A DNA stretch of 56,382 bases from Prorocentrum cordatum (lineage: Eukaryota): assembly GCA_963575745.1 (NCBI GenBank), contig CAUYUJ010000093.1, forward strand, positions 62,001 through 118,382. The letters run 5' to 3'. The stretch's first letter is position 1. Every line of letters starts with the position of its first letter. Below are positions 20,251-33,147 of the stretch, piece by piece. The translations under genes and the position numbers were made by a program. Below the pieces are notes generated by a model. The model saw only the letters and a list, made by a program, of their open reading frames with translations. It searched no databases and had not been told where the DNA came from.

Positions 20251-22499
20251 CACGATTTTGAATGCTTTTGAAATGCTCTATCCTCAAATACTTGGACCAT
20301 CCTATGCTTGATAATTATTTAGGTCTGCGCCGGCGCGGGGGCGCAAGCGTGAGGCCACTGTCAAGGTTTATTTCCAACCGCGCTTGTCGGATCAACGCGA
20401 GCGCTCCCAATTGTATGTTTTGTCGGGGAAGATAAGGGGGAATCGAAACTGTTTGACTAGGGCGGCATGCTGTCACATGTAGGATGAACGATCGTGCAAG
20501 GAACTTACGAAAACCATATCCTGACAGGGGCTGTTAAATCCAACCCCATTCTGGTCCCGGCATGGTGGTGAAACCTGACATCCTCACATGGTGGTGAAAT
20601 CTGACCTCTTCAGGAACTGAATCTACATGGTGCAGGGTTTGGGCTGCGAGCTCTGTGACGCAATGTGCTTGGCGCGGGTACTTTGGCAATCTTGCGAACG
20701 TGCGCTCCAATGTTCGAGCAAATGTCCCAACCACCCGCAACGTGTTGGCGAAACCCAAGTGGCGAAAGACGCGGAAACACATCGCATGTAGATCCCTGGC
20801 CCGGGTACGTAGTGATGGCGGTGGTTCATGGTGGCGCTCATGGCGGGGGCGAGGACAACGCTGGTGACGAAGACCATGATGATGTTGATGACGACGGTGT
20901 GGACAATGACGGCCACGATGGTGATGGTGGTTATTGTGGGGGCAACTGAAGACGGCGGCGATGGTGATGACGATGGTGCGGGTGAAGTGGTGGGGGAGTG
21001 CACGCGAGCAGAATGTCAAAACCTCTGACGCACTGGTGCTTGACATGCCATTGCGTCCTCACATGGAGCACCCTTGTGTTAGAAAATGCTGGGGGCACCA
21101 TGTTTGCCAGCGAGGCTTCCAAACAATGACATGTTGCACTGCAGATGAATCAGCTATGTAATGTGATGCATGCGGTGTGGTCTATGTGATGTGGGCTGTA
21201 AGCTGTGCCGTGTAAGTTATGTGCCGCAAGCTATGTGGCTCAGCTAAGTTGTACATGGGAACAATGAATTGTCAACCCCTTTGCCCGCGCAAACATCCCA
21301 CCCTCCCACCCGCAATTTGGTTTGCAAGGCCCATGCGGCGTCTATTGCGTTGACTGCTTGGCCATGGCCTGCAGCCGCGCTGGCGCGCGCAAACTCGTGC
21401 GCAGAGCGGCCAACTGGCTTGGCCCTACCGACGCGGCCGCGATGGCGCTTACCGATGGCAACGCCCCACCACGTGTCACAAGCCGCGCTGGCGCGCGGAC
21501 GCTTCAATGCAGGTCGGTTGCTCGGGCGGGCGCGGTATCGCGATGAGGTCGGCAATGGCGTCAACGATGATGATAGTAGCGAAGGTGGTAGCGAGGACGG
21601 CGATATGACGACGGTAAGGCGCCGATGCTAGTAACGCCGAGGGCCGAGGACGATGACACCGTCCCTGTATCGATGATGAGGGTGTTTAAGTGATGGTGGC
21701 GGCGATGGAGGCAATTGCGGATGACGATGGCGTGATGCGGCTGCGCTGATGGGGGTGGCGGTGAAGAAGTGCGCGCGCGGAAAATCCAAGAACCCTGGCA
21801 CACTTTCTGTTGACAGACGTTCGGTTTTGCATATATTGTTTGAAGAGCTCTATTGTGCCTTGCTTCGAACACCAAGGGTTTAGGACGGATTTCGACAAGC
21901 TCGCGTGGCGGCGCGCGCGTGTCGCCCGCATGATACTACTTGACAAAGATTCGCGCACTGGGCGCATGCTGGGCCAACGCGGATGCACGGCGTGGTGAGA
22001 TGAGAGTGCAGTTTCCGGGCGTAATTGCAAACATCAAATTGTTGTCCTACGACTTCAGCAAGTGCGGGGGGAAAATGTGTAACATTCGTGGTGGAGCACC
22101 TAAGGGCGCTTTAGAATTTCATGTCGAAGCCCTTGTGCGCGCGCTTGGATGTTGTATGATTTTTCGCTATGAATTCACGGCACGTTATCCTTTTCTATAA
22201 ACGAGCATGCGAACATATTAGTACTCGACGAGGATGACGGAAGGTGTATAATGGAACTCCAGCTGATGATATGAATTCAAATGCAAAGTGAATGATGATG
22301 TATGACCACATTCAATTCGCAATGTCCCATGGGGTAATCCCGAGTGGTGGTGGTGGTGGTGGTAGGGTCATTTATTTTTCCTCTTTGTGGAAAGGAAGAT
22401 CTATGTGGTGCGAGCTATGTGGTGTACGTGTGAGCTACCTGGTGTAAGCTATGTGTTCCAATCTATGTGGTGTGGGGTATGTAGTTCGCATGTGCCCCC

Positions 22500-22765
22500 G
22501 CGAGGCTTCCACGGACGGCGACGCGGCGAAACCTCGCCAAACCCACCCAGCGTACGAGGCGGCCACGAGGCGGCCACGGGCGGCATCGTGGCGAAACCTC
22601 GCCAGACACTCTGAGCCCACGAGGCGGTCACGGGCGGCCACGTGGCGAAACCTCGCGGGACCCACCCAGCACACGAGGCGGCCACGAGGCGGCCACGGGC
22701 TGCATCGTGGCGAAATCTCACAGGACCCACCCAACGCACGAGGCGGCTTCGAAACGGCCACGGGC
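22500..22765 (+). repeat. ~60-bp tandem repeat (GTGGCGAAACCTCGC...CGAGGCGGCCACG)
   Basis: About four degenerate copies. Confidence 0.75.
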
Positions 22766-23086
22766 TTCAAGGTGGAACAACCTCGCTGGACCCGTCCAAC
22801 TCCTCAGGGACAAGACTACGAGCCCCTTGAGTACAAGCACCGTGTTTTTGGGGGAACATGGTCTTGAGACGACTTCGTGCATTGTGCGACACGGTCTTGT
22901 CTCGAGCATTTGTGCAACGTGCGCACGGCGCGGGTAAGCGCGCGGCATGGGGTGCTCACCACATGTCCCTAGCCCCCCCAGAGAGTATATCATTACAGTG
23001 CACTTGCTCTGTGGCGGCGCCGCTCCGCACGTACTGAAAAGATGCATCAATTCAACATGGATAGAACACTCGCTGATCCCTTGTCT

Positions 23087-23338
23087 TAGTGGGCCCTGGA
23101 AACAACAATGCCGTTTTTGTTACCGGTTCCGTTTTGCCGTTTTTTTGCCAGTTCCGACGCCGTTTTTTACCGATTCCGTCGCCGTATGTTCACCGGTCCC
23201 GGCTCCGGTTCCAATCCTGGAGTTGTTTTTTCTTTTGCCGTTCCCGGCCGTCGTGTTTTTTTTGCCGTTTCCATGTTCAAGAGGCACTTTTTTTTGGAAA
23301 CGGTGCAAAAACGGCTCTGTCGTGTCCGGGGCCCACTA
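23087..23338. mobile_element. MITE-like element with TAGTGGGCCC...GGGCCCACTA TIRs and a CCGTTTT-rich interior
   Basis: TIRs read directly; an inverted diverged copy lies at 54166-54392. Confidence 0.8.
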
Positions 23339-23577
23339 CAGTGGGGGCCCGACCACAAGAAATTTTCCCCAGAAAACTAATCCTGAGACCCCAGGGCGTC
23401 CGATGATTTGCGGCATGAGAACGTCACGCCTTGCATCGCGAACTCGCCGAAACCCAAGAAACCCAGGGCACCCTGGAGGCAAGCAGGGTGCTTCTTGGCA
23501 TGGGCCCCCACTGTAAGTCCCTTGTCGCTCCAAATTTCGAGGATTTCGACGTGCCCGCGCGGAGAGAGGTGCGCATG

Positions 23578-23812
23578 TTTGAGCAGGGACCGACCGTCCC
23601 GGCATTCCTATAGTCCTACCACGAAATGTTCTTAGAACCCAGAAATGTTCTAAGAACAAAAACAATGTTCTTAGAACATAAACCCGGTGTGTTAAAACAA
23701 AGCAATATCAACCAGAAATGTTCGAAGAACATTTCGTGGAAACCAGAAAAGGTTCTTGGAACATTGTTTGGTAAGGCTATAGGCGAGCCCGGTCGCTTCG
23801 CCACTGCTTGAC
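23578..23812 (+). repeat. ~235-bp dispersed repeat (TTCTTAGAAC/GTTCTAAGAA motifs)
   Basis: Second copy at about 26846-27079 with the same start (TTGAGCAGGGACCG) and end (CGCTTCGCCACTGCTTGA). Confidence 0.85.
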
Positions 23813-24989
23813 ATGTGGCCCGCATGTGTCGTCCGCGGGCAGAGCCGGCGGGTGCGCCACGATGGTCGGGTGCTTCCGGCGCGTGCGGGCAGGCGGCCCC
23901 GAGAGCTCGCCATCGACACACACACACACACCGGCCAAACACCTAACACCTAATGGCTTCCTTGCGCTTCCAGCGGGCGCGAGCGCACAGGAGCCTTGCC
24001 ACTCCCTGCTGGAGAAGCAGTGGCTTCTGAAATAATACTCTGGAACACTAAATGATTCTGACTGTTTAGGCAGCCGCGTGCTTCTGAATGATTTTGACAG
24101 GCGCGGGCGCGCGGTGGCGTGCATATATGGCCCATATTGTATTACCTGATAAAAAAAGGGTCCATGCACAACGCACTTGTCAGATCAACGCGTGCACCGA
24201 TGACGGGGGGAGGTTGATACCAACTTGTTTGGGGTTGTGTTATTTGAAATGTACTGTGGGCGGTCGGGTATGACAAAAGGCGGGGAGAATAACCATCGGA
24301 GGACGTCCAACAAGCCCGGCCTCGGCATGCGGGTAGAGTGGTAGAGTATAGCTGTTATGAGGAAATGGACTTGCCTGTTTGATCCACGCCTTATCACGTG
24401 CAATGCTTGAACATGAACCTCACCCGCCCACCCACAGCTTCGCGGCACAACTCAAGACACCGTGAGTGAAGTTACCAATCGGAACTTGTTCGCACATCTC
24501 GACAGGCGCAATGGTTCGCGGATCCTTTTCATGCCGATTCATGGCTAGGGCGGGCGAGTGATAATGACGACGACAGCGGCGACGACGATAATGGCGAAGG
24601 CGGCGAGGGCAACATCAACGATGATGACGAAAACGATTCTGATGACGACGGTGGTGATACTGACCATGGTACGGTGATGGGGGTGATGGTGATGACGGTA
24701 ACGGTGGTAATGATGAGGCTGGCGACGATGGTGGCGGTGGTGTGAAGATAATGAGGAAGTGCGCGCGCACTGAAAAATACAGAATCGTCATCGCTGTGAA
24801 GCGAATATTTGGTGTGTGTTTGCTTGACCAAGCATACATTGAAGAGCAATAACAAGTAACGAAAACAAGGGTACCGAATGAATCGACATGCGCGCGCAGG
24901 GACCCGCGCGTGCCCGCGTGGACATATTTTGCAAGGGTTGTTGCAAACCGCGGTTGTTCGATCAACGCGCGTGCAACCGACGGCACCAT

Positions 24990-25270
24990 TTGACAGGAGC
25001 GATGGTCAGCACAGGCCGGCCAGGGAAGGAGACCAAACAGCCCGGGGAATGCAGGAAAGACGCAAGACCGAACAACCCGCGGGATGACATAAGGAAACAA
25101 GACAAGGCACACCCGGGAAAGGCCACGGTAAGGAAGCACGACCACACAACACTGGGGAAGGCCACGGGAAGGAAACAAGACAACGCAACCCAGAGGAGCG
25201 CCACAATAACGAAAGAAGACCAAGCAGCCCCGAGGAACGCAACAAGAAGGGATCAGAGCCCAACCTCCCC
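24990..25270 (+). repeat. ~36-39-bp purine-rich tandem repeat (AGGAAACAAGACAA...CCCGGGAA)
   Basis: Several degenerate units. Confidence 0.6.
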
Positions 25271-25387
25271 GAGGAAGGCGGGCCAAGCCCAGGCTCGGCC
25301 TGGCCACCAGCGGGCTCTTCTGGAACAGCCAGAGGTGGCAAAACGTGATTTGGGGAGCAACTCCGCGCGTGGATGGGATCCGTTTGC

Positions 25388-25585
25388 CGGCGGCGAGCGA
25401 GGGGGGGAAGTGAGAAGGAGAAGGCCTTCTCAGAAGGCCGGCGGGATTTCTCAAGAGCCCTCGCGCCTTCTGATAATTTTCTCGTCTTCGGGGAAGGGTT
25501 GGACAACTTCTCAGAAGGCCGGGGGAGTTCCGAATCTTCTGACAAGGCCTTCTCCGTCTCACTTCCCCCCCCTCGCTCGCCGCCG
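25388..25585. mobile_element. Second copy of the GGCGGCGAGCGAG palindromic MITE
   Basis: Same TIRs as 9562-9770. Confidence 0.85.
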
Positions 25586-25650
25586 AGTGAACTCCAGCCC
25601 CTGGCAGGGGGGCAGACACTTTGTACGCGCTAGGAACAAAATAACGGTGT

Positions 25651-25781
25651 CTGGCCATCGCTCGGACGTCCATTCCCTGTGTTTTTTTCTGTTTCGTGCG
25701 TGGCTTTTTCGCCAAATGATCAAGGATACTCCTCGATGGTCCTCGCCGAAGGGAAAATGCACACGTCCGAGCGATGCCCAG
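25651..25781. mobile_element. ~130-bp MITE-like element (GGCCATCGCTCGGACGT...ACGTCCGAGCGATGCC)
   Basis: TIRs read directly; second copy at 29731-29860. Confidence 0.8.
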
Positions 25782-25845
25782 GCAAACGCACGGGGCGGGC
25801 ACGAGGAGGGCACGGGGCAGAGACATAGAACCAGGCGCCAATGAC

Positions 25846-26438
25846 CTGGATAAGCAGGTGACAGCCCTGGGTGCAAGCACTGATCGGGAAAGAAATCTTG
25901 CTAGGCATCCCGGGGCACATGTTCCGTCGACTTGTGGAGGCTCGTAAGATGCCCCAGCGTTTCGGGAGCTCCCCAGGCCGCCACGGAATCCGGCGCTTCT
26001 GCGGGGCACCCGCTGACAGGCTGTTTCTCTTTTTGACTCGATGTGCCGACTGTGTACGCCCGCGCCGATCCTGGCCAGGCCCTTGCTGGGCCGAGGACTG
26101 GCCCGACCAGGATCGGCGATGGTGTGCAGTCGACCTCGCCCCGCCGTCCTGCCGGAGCCCGCGGACGCGCCTGCGCCCCCGGGCCTCTGCGTCCACGTGG
26201 GGGTCCGTGCGCCGAGCTGCGACGGTTGGGCGAACTGCTGGCTCAGAGCCTGCCTGTGCTGCGCCAGGGCCGCCTTGTACTGCGCGAGGAGGGTGCCCAT
26301 GTGCCGCGACTGCTGCTCGAAGGTGAGCTCCAGATTGTCGAGGTGTTCCCCCAGTGAGTCCAGCGTCGCGGGCCACGAATCCCTGGCAAAGGATGGAGGC
26401 GAAGTGAAAGGCGAAGTGATGTTGCTGTTGCCAGGCAT
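25846..26438 (-). CDS. Candidate first exon of a minus-strand gene (coiled-coil-like N-terminus), possibly the channel gene
   Basis: ATG at 26438; ...TLDSLGEHLDNLELTFEQQSRHMGTLLAQYKAALAQHRQALSQQF... is non-repetitive with G/C-ending codons. The 3' boundary is a guess (CAG|GTCATT). Confidence 0.35.
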
Positions 26439-26495
26439 GTCGAAAGACGCCCTTCAAAACTGCGCCCCGCGGCCACCGCGAATGTGAAGAGGCCT

Positions 26496-26699
26496 CCTGG
26501 ATGGGGTCGGAGTAGATGGGGTCGGAGGATCGCGCTGCATCACCGATACATCGGGGATACATCGCCGATGCATCGGCGACATCGGCGATGCATGGGCGAC
26601 GCCAGCGTGGAGGAAATCGGGCTCCACATCGAGCCGCATTGCCGATGCATCGCGACACGGCGCGAACCCCCGACCCCGTCTGCTCGGACCCCATCTAGG
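26496..26699. mobile_element. Palindromic MITE-like element with CATCGCCGATG internal motifs
   Basis: CCTGGATGGGGTCGGAGTAGATGGGGTCGG ... CCGACCCCGTCTGCTCGGACCCCATCTAGG. Confidence 0.75.
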
Positions 26700-27085
26700 G
26701 GGCCTAGAATGTGGCCGCGCCGCTTATACGTCTGAGACCTAGGCGTGACTTTGGAGCCAGAGCATGCCGGCGGCGGAGGACGAGGGTGAGCACGAGAGGC
26801 AGGAGAACGCGGAGGAACAGAGGAACGATGAAGAGGAGGGAGATGTTGAGCAGGGACCGGCAGTCCCGGCATTCCTGTAGGCCTACCACGAAATTCTCTT
26901 AGAACCCAGAAATCTTCTAATAACAGCAACGCTGTGCTTAGAACATAATCCCGACGTGTTAACACAAGTCGGTCTCGGCCAGACATGTTCTAAGAGCATT
27001 TCGTGCAGAGCACGGAAGGGTTCTCAGAAAATGCTGTGGTGGGCCTATGGGCGAGCCAGGACGCTTCGCCACTGCTTGAAGATGA

Positions 27086-27250
27086 TATAGGGCAATTTTG
27101 ATACATAGGATTCTTAAACATATCTGAGTTTAATACATGATTACTTTATGAATAAATTCGTGCATGAACTCATCGTTGTTTTTATTACTAAATCCCTGCA
27201 TTTCTACTACATGATCCGCACGCGGAGCAGGTATGTAAACCGGCGCTGTA
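27086..27250. mobile_element. AT-rich 165-bp MITE-like element, copy 1
   Basis: Ends TATAGGGC...GCGCTGTA; shares AAATCCCTGCATTT...TACATGATCCGCACGCGGAGCA with 30175-30339. Confidence 0.8.
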
Positions 27251-29054
27251 AGGCGAGGAGGGAGACGGGTAGGAGGCGAATGAGTGGGCGGATGCCCAGG
27301 AGGAGCTAGAGCCACGAACGGCGCAGCTCGATGGAGGTGGCGTCTGCGGCCACGCCCAGCAAGCCGGCCGACGCCGCGCGCGAGGCGAGGGCGGCGCGGC
27401 CGCCGGGAGGCGATGGCGCAGACCCCCGGGAGGAGGGGAGCGGCCGCCCTGAAGCGATGGCAAAGGCCATGGCGAAGACCCCCCCTCGTCCTCCTCCTCC
27501 TCCTCCTCCTCCTCCTCCTCCTCCTCCCCCTCCTCCTCCTCCTCCTCCTCCTCCTCCTCCTCCTCCTCCTCCTCCTCCTCCTCCTCCTCCTCCTCCTGCC
27601 CCCCTCCTCCTGCCTCCCATGGTCGAAACGGCCGATCCCGCCGCAACGCTTTTTGGCAGTAAAAGGTATCCGATCGAGCTGAGATCAAGACGGCGAGCGG
27701 GAATGAGATCGAATGTGGTGGAAATAAATACTAGAGCTCTAACGAATGGTTGAATTTCGAGAACAAAATTTTCAACCGACCAAAAGTCAGCCCCAGGTTC
27801 GCTGCGCTACGCTCGTCCTAGCGCAGCGTGCCTGGCCGCAGCTGAGCGGCACGCTCTGAAACTCAGCCAGCCAGCGCGCGCACGGTGCGCGAGCGCGAGC
27901 GGGGAGCCCCCGCGCGGCCCGGGCATGTGCAGAGAGCCCCCGGGGCACCCGAGAGTGTGACTACTCACCGTGCCCAGGACTGTGCCTGGGCGTCCCCCGG
28001 GCGGCCCTGTGCCCGGGTGCCCAGCCGGATGCCTAGCGGCCTCTTCGATGGGGCCCGAGCGCATGGGGCCCGAGGCCTCGAGGCCTCTTCGATGGGGCCT
28101 AGATGCCTAGAGGCCTCTTCGATGGGGCCCGAGGCCTCTTCAAGGAGGCCTCTTCGATGGAGGCTCGCGCCGCATCGCCGAGGCATCGGCCATAACTGCA
28201 TCGCCGATGCCTCGGTGACGCGTCGGCGAGGCGGCGCGACCCTCCGCCCCCAGCTGCTCGGGCCCCACCTGGGCGGCCGCGGGCGCCCGGGTGCCTGGCC
28301 AGATGCCCGGGTGCCGGGACGGCCGGGCTCCTCCCAGACCCCCGACGTGATGACTTTTTCAGGGCGTCGACCAGAGGTCTGGACCCTCCCCCTCCTCCTC
28401 CTCCCCCTCCTCCTCCTCCTCCTCCTCCTCCTCCTCCTCCTCCTCCTCCTCCTCCTCCTCCTCTCCCTCATCTCCCTCCTCCTCTCCTCCCGACGTCGAC
28501 CAAAGGTCTGGACCCTTTCCTTCCCCGGGCCCGGCTTCTCATCCCGAGCCGTTCTTTTGCGGCCCCGAGGCGTGGGAAGGGCACCCGGAGGCCGAAGAGG
28601 AGGAGGAAAATGAGGAGGAGGAGGACCTGAGGAGGGGGAGGACCAGGAGGAGGAGGAGGAGGAGGAGGAGGAGGAGGAGGGGGAGGAGGAGCAGCAGGAG
28701 GAGGAGGAGGAGGAGGAGGAGGAGGACGAGGAGGAGGAGGAGGAAGAGGAGGAGGAGGAGGAAAACCGGCAACTTGAGACCCGATTTACGTCGGATCCAC
28801 GTCGGATTTGCGTCGGACTACGTCGGAATTGCGACACATGTACGTCGAACTGACGCAGGAGCATCACCGCGCGAGCGTCGACCCAAAGCTTACGGAGTTG
28901 ACGTGTGGACTAGATCGTACAACTATTACGCGCCGCGCGATGCCTCCATGATTTTCTTCATAGAACTGTCGTTGGCCACCTTTCAGGCAAAGTTGTTAAG
29001 AGACGCTGGTCCAGCTTTTCGGGAGGAGGTGTCTTAATCGTATGCTCGACCGCA

Positions 29055-29165
29055 TCGTGCTGGGATGAAGGGGTTGGGAAGATACGGGGCACGACAGAGT
29101 AATAAGCACCTTCAGCATACGCGATAGTACGGATGATCTGATACTTTCTCCCAGCCCCCATCCTC
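29055..29165 (+). repeat. ~110-bp dispersed inverted-repeat element
   Basis: GAAGGGGTTGGGA...GATACGGGGCACGAC...TAGTACGGA...TCCCAGCCCC; second copy at about 53429-53537. Confidence 0.75.
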
Positions 29166-29730
29166 CTAACCCGATAGCTGTCCTTCTGTCTCCAGAGAGT
29201 TCCACGAGGGGTTCAAAAGGCGATGGTAGGAGCTCTAGAGGGGCTGCGCTACTTGGGCCCCCCCTTGTTTAATCGGCCTCATCCAAGATGGCATCGAACA
29301 TGCCTCTAAGAGGCTCCAAGGTGGCTCCAAGACGGCCCCGAGTGGCCTCCTCCCAAGAACGCCCCAGAGAGGCACGCCTTCCTCAGCTTTTCATTCCAGT
29401 GCATGCCCCCCCATCTTTTTGGGCCAAGGCAGTTCGCCCGGGCATCGCTGCTGCATTTGGCTGGTGGGGATGCGCAAAGGGTCACGCGCTTGGATGGGCA
29501 CACGCTGACACGGATGCGCTGCCGCCAGAACTTCGTGTGGTGGATCCATCTGTGGCGGCGGTGGCGACACGGGCGCTCCAGGAGGCCCCACAGATTCAGG
29601 AGAGACAGCCAAAACCACCTCGCTCCTCGAGGGAGGGGGGAACGAGCAGGGGGCGGCCGGCTCAGGGCGCGGGGGGCCTGGAGCTGCCACAGGCGAGGCA
29701 CCGCTGGCACCTCGGCGATAGGCCCCCCGA

Positions 29731-29860
29731 CCTGGCCATCGCTCGGACGTCCATTTCCTGTGCTTTTTTCGGTTTCGTGCGTGGTTTGTTCGCCAAGTGA
29801 TCAAGGATGCTCCTCGATGGCCCTCGCCGAAGGAAAAATGCACACGTCCGAGCGATGCCA
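29731..29860. mobile_element. Second copy of the 130-bp MITE, flanked by a ~41-bp direct repeat
   Basis: AGGCGAGGCA(CC)CCGCTGGCACCTCGGCGATAGGCCCCCCGAC at 29691-29731 and 29861-29903. Confidence 0.8.
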
Positions 29861-30174
29861 AGGCGAGGCACCCCGCTGGCACCTCGGCGATAGGCCCCCC
29901 GACAGCGAGCCCGCGCGGTCCTGGGCGGAGTCGGCGCTCTCGGGCGCCGCCCGAGCTGGCGATCGTGGGCGAGGCCACCGCCGCCCGATTCTGGCGCCGG
30001 AGAGCGCGCGCCGGCTCCGCACGGACGTGTGGCCCGCCGCGCCGGCCCGCACTGCTTGCTTGTGCGCCTCCTCGACGGAGGCGCCCCCTCGAGGGGCAAC
30101 GAGAAGGGGGGGGGATAGGCCAAGGGGGGATGCGTCGACCTGGAATCGGCCACACATCGCCGATCGATCGGCGA

Positions 30175-30339
30175 TACAGGGCAGTTTTTACTACATGGGA
30201 TTTTTAAAATCTGGGCTTTTTCATGCATGATCAATGTATGAATGAATCTATGCATAAACTCTTCGCTGTTTTGATACAAAATCCCTGCATTTTTAATACA
30301 TGATCCGCACGCGGAGCATGTATTAAAAACGGCCCTGTA
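30175..30339. mobile_element. AT-rich 165-bp MITE-like element, copy 2, nested in another palindromic element (about 30106-30452)
   Basis: TIR TACAGGGC...GCCCTGTA; outer arms GGGGGGATA..AAGGGGGGATGC and GCATCCCCCCTTT..TATCCCCCC. Confidence 0.8.
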
Positions 30340-31819
30340 GGACCCCCATAGTGTGTGCGCATCTCCCAGGGCAGGCTGGGGCCATCGGGCTCCTATCGGC
30401 GATTAGTGGGCGATTGGGGCTCGATGCATCCCCCCTTTGCATATCCCCCCCTATTGTTGCCCCTGACCCCCCTCCCTGGACCTCCTCGGACTCCTCGGCC
30501 CCGGTTAGCGAGCTTTTTCGGCCCGGAGTGCCTCCAGAGGCCTCAAACGACGGCGCCAAGAGGCCACTGGTGTGGCCTCCAAGCTGCCCTAGGCGCCTCA
30601 GAACGGACCCAGGAGGCCCAAATACAATCTAGGATGTCACTGCGGGTGCCCCCGACTAATCAAATCATGACGATCATTTGGTTTTCGTGCATTTCTGACA
30701 TTCTCGGTTTTCGGCCCCAGAGTCCTGTAAGAGCCAGCAAGGGGAAGTCACTCCCAACATGGCCTTCAAGACGACCCCATGACGATTCGAAGGCAATCTC
30801 AGGAGCGCCCCAAGATGGCCCCACCACCCCGCAGACGGGCCCCCAGACGTCCCCAGAAGGCCCCATGAAGTGGACCCCCACAGGACTCGTCAAATATAAT
30901 TTGAAACGCTGTTCAAGATCGAAGCGCTCGATGGTTCGGGCACTTGTCAGATAACGCGTCCTTCGATTCCATGCTGTGAGGGTACTGCCGGATTTCGGAC
31001 ACCCCTGCGCCTGGGCCGAATACCTCATGCCAGCATTGAAGTAGCGCCCACCGCAAGCACCGAAAACAAAAACCATACATTCATTTTCGACGAGTCTTGC
31101 AGGATGGCCCCAGGAGGCACCAAGATGGCGTCCAGAGGTCCGGAGGAGCCCCATAGCGCCCAAGAGGGCCCCCTGGGCTGCTTAAGACTGCTCAAGCACT
31201 GCCCCCCCGCGCGACCCCCACGAGAGCCGAAGAGAGCCCACGAAGGGCCGCACCTTGTCCCGAAGGCCACCGCCAGGCTGCAAACAAAAAAGGCCCGAGA
31301 GGATCCCGTGCAGCTCCACAGGGATGCCTCAGATGCGTCCCCGGAAGCAGACCACATCAGCAACTCAAAGCGAGCCCCCAGACCCATGAGAGTCGAACAA
31401 AAAAGAGCCACGCAGGACAGGAAGAGGAGGAAGAGGAGGAGGAGGAGGAGAATCGCAACAACCCTCAATGCGACCCCCCAGTGATCCAAGACAGCCCCCA
31501 GAGGGACACGACCAACTCTTTCGGCATTTCGGCTACTCGTGGGTCTTCTGGGAGTTCTTAGCACCGCGATCGGATTCGGCACGCCGCGCTAATCTGGCCC
31601 CCCTCGAGAAAAGCCTTAAGACAACATGTCAACACGTTCGACGCTTCGGCTCTTCAGCAACTGGCCCCGCTGTCTGCTCGCGCGCTTCGCAGCGCATAAG
31701 TTCATGGCCACGGCCCCCGCGGGTGCACTCGTGCGATGGCACGGCGCGCGCGTGCCTTCAACTGTGCCAACCTCTCCACGCCGCTCCCTCGCTGGCAGGC
31801 GCCGCGTACATCTCCGCGC

Positions 31820-32710
31820 ATGTGTGTGTGTGTGTTTGTGTGTGTGTGCGTGTGTGCGTGTGTGCGTGTGTGTGTGTGTGTCTGCGTGTGCGTGTGTACG
31901 TGTCTGCGTGTGCGCGTGAGCGCGTGTGCGGCGCGTGTGCGCGTGTGCGTGTGCGTGTGCGTGTGCGTTTGCGTGTGCGTGTGCGTGTGTGTGTGTGTGT
32001 GTGCGTGTGTGCGTGTGTGCGTGTGCGTGTGTGCGTGTGTGCGTGTGTGCGTGTGTGCGTGTGAGTGTGTGAGCGTGTGTGCGTGTGCGTGTGTACGTGT
32101 GCGCGTGAGCGCGTGTGCGGCGCGTGTGCGCGTGTGCGTGTGCGTGTGCGTGTGCGTTTGCGTGTGCGTGTGCGTGTGTGTGTGTGTGTGTGCGTGTGTG
32201 CGTGTGTGCGTGTGCGTGTGTGCGTGTGTGCGTGTGTGCGTGTGTGCGTGTGAGTGTGTGAGCGTGTGTGCGTGTGCGTGTGTACGTGTGCGCGTGAGCG
32301 CGTGTGCGGCGCNNNNNNNNNNNNNNNNNNNNNNNNNNNNNNNNNNNNNNNNNNNNNNNNNNNNNNNNNNNNNNNNNNNNNNNNNNNNNNNNNNNNNNNN
32401 NNNNNNNNNNNNGTGCGTGTGCGTGTGCGTGTGCGTGTGTTCGTGTGTGTGTCTGTGTGTCTGTGTGTCTGTGTGTCTGTGTGTCTGTGTGTCTGTGTGT
32501 CTGTGTGTCTCTGTGTGTCTGTGTGTCTCTGTGTGTGTTGTGTGTGTTGTGTGTGTTGTGTGTGTGTGTGTGCAGCCGTGCGCGAACCATACTGTATGCA
32601 CTTATGCGGGTGGACATGTGCAGCTGCATGTGTGTGCGTGTGTGCGTGCGTGCGTGGGTGCGTGCGTGCGTGTGTGTGTGTGTGTTTGTGTGTGCGTGTG
32701 CGCATGTGTG
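31820..32710 (+). repeat. (GT)/(GTGC) microsatellite containing the assembly gap
   Basis: Direct reading. Confidence 0.95.
32313..32412. other. Assembly gap (100 N)
   Basis: Run of N. Confidence 1.
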
Positions 32711-33147
32711 CACATGCGGTTCTGGACCACCTGTGCATCTCTCACCCGCTTCCCCAATACCCTTCCCAACACCCCGCCCCGCTGGCATGACAACGCCACA
32801 AGCACATACAGCATACGCCTCCACCGCAAGTGCCATGCACCATAACACGGCTTCTAAAGAAACGCAGCGATGTTCAAGCCTTGAACATGTGTACACACAT
32901 GACCAGCACGGAGAAAAACTTATACACATGTCTACGTACGTGTATATGCATATATAACTATAAACACCCCTCTGCGCACAGGAACCAACGGGCATGTGCA
33001 CTCACAGTTGTGTGATGCCAGGAGGCACGCTATGATCGTGACAACGGTCTATGGCGTTGGTGATTTTCCTTGCGAAGCCCCGTCGTCAAGAGCGCACCTG
33101 GGCGCCAGGTCGCCGACCGCCCCTGTTCCGCGGCAAGCCTGCTCAAG

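Noticed and set aside
24615..25845. C-terminal two-thirds of the 607-aa minus-strand ORF
   Set aside because: It runs through two MITEs and tandem repeats and is not credible coding sequence.
31468..33001. Cys/Val- and His/Thr-rich ORFs, and a ~190-bp duplication before the gap
   Set aside because: Dinucleotide microsatellite spanning Ns; the duplication may be an assembly artefact.
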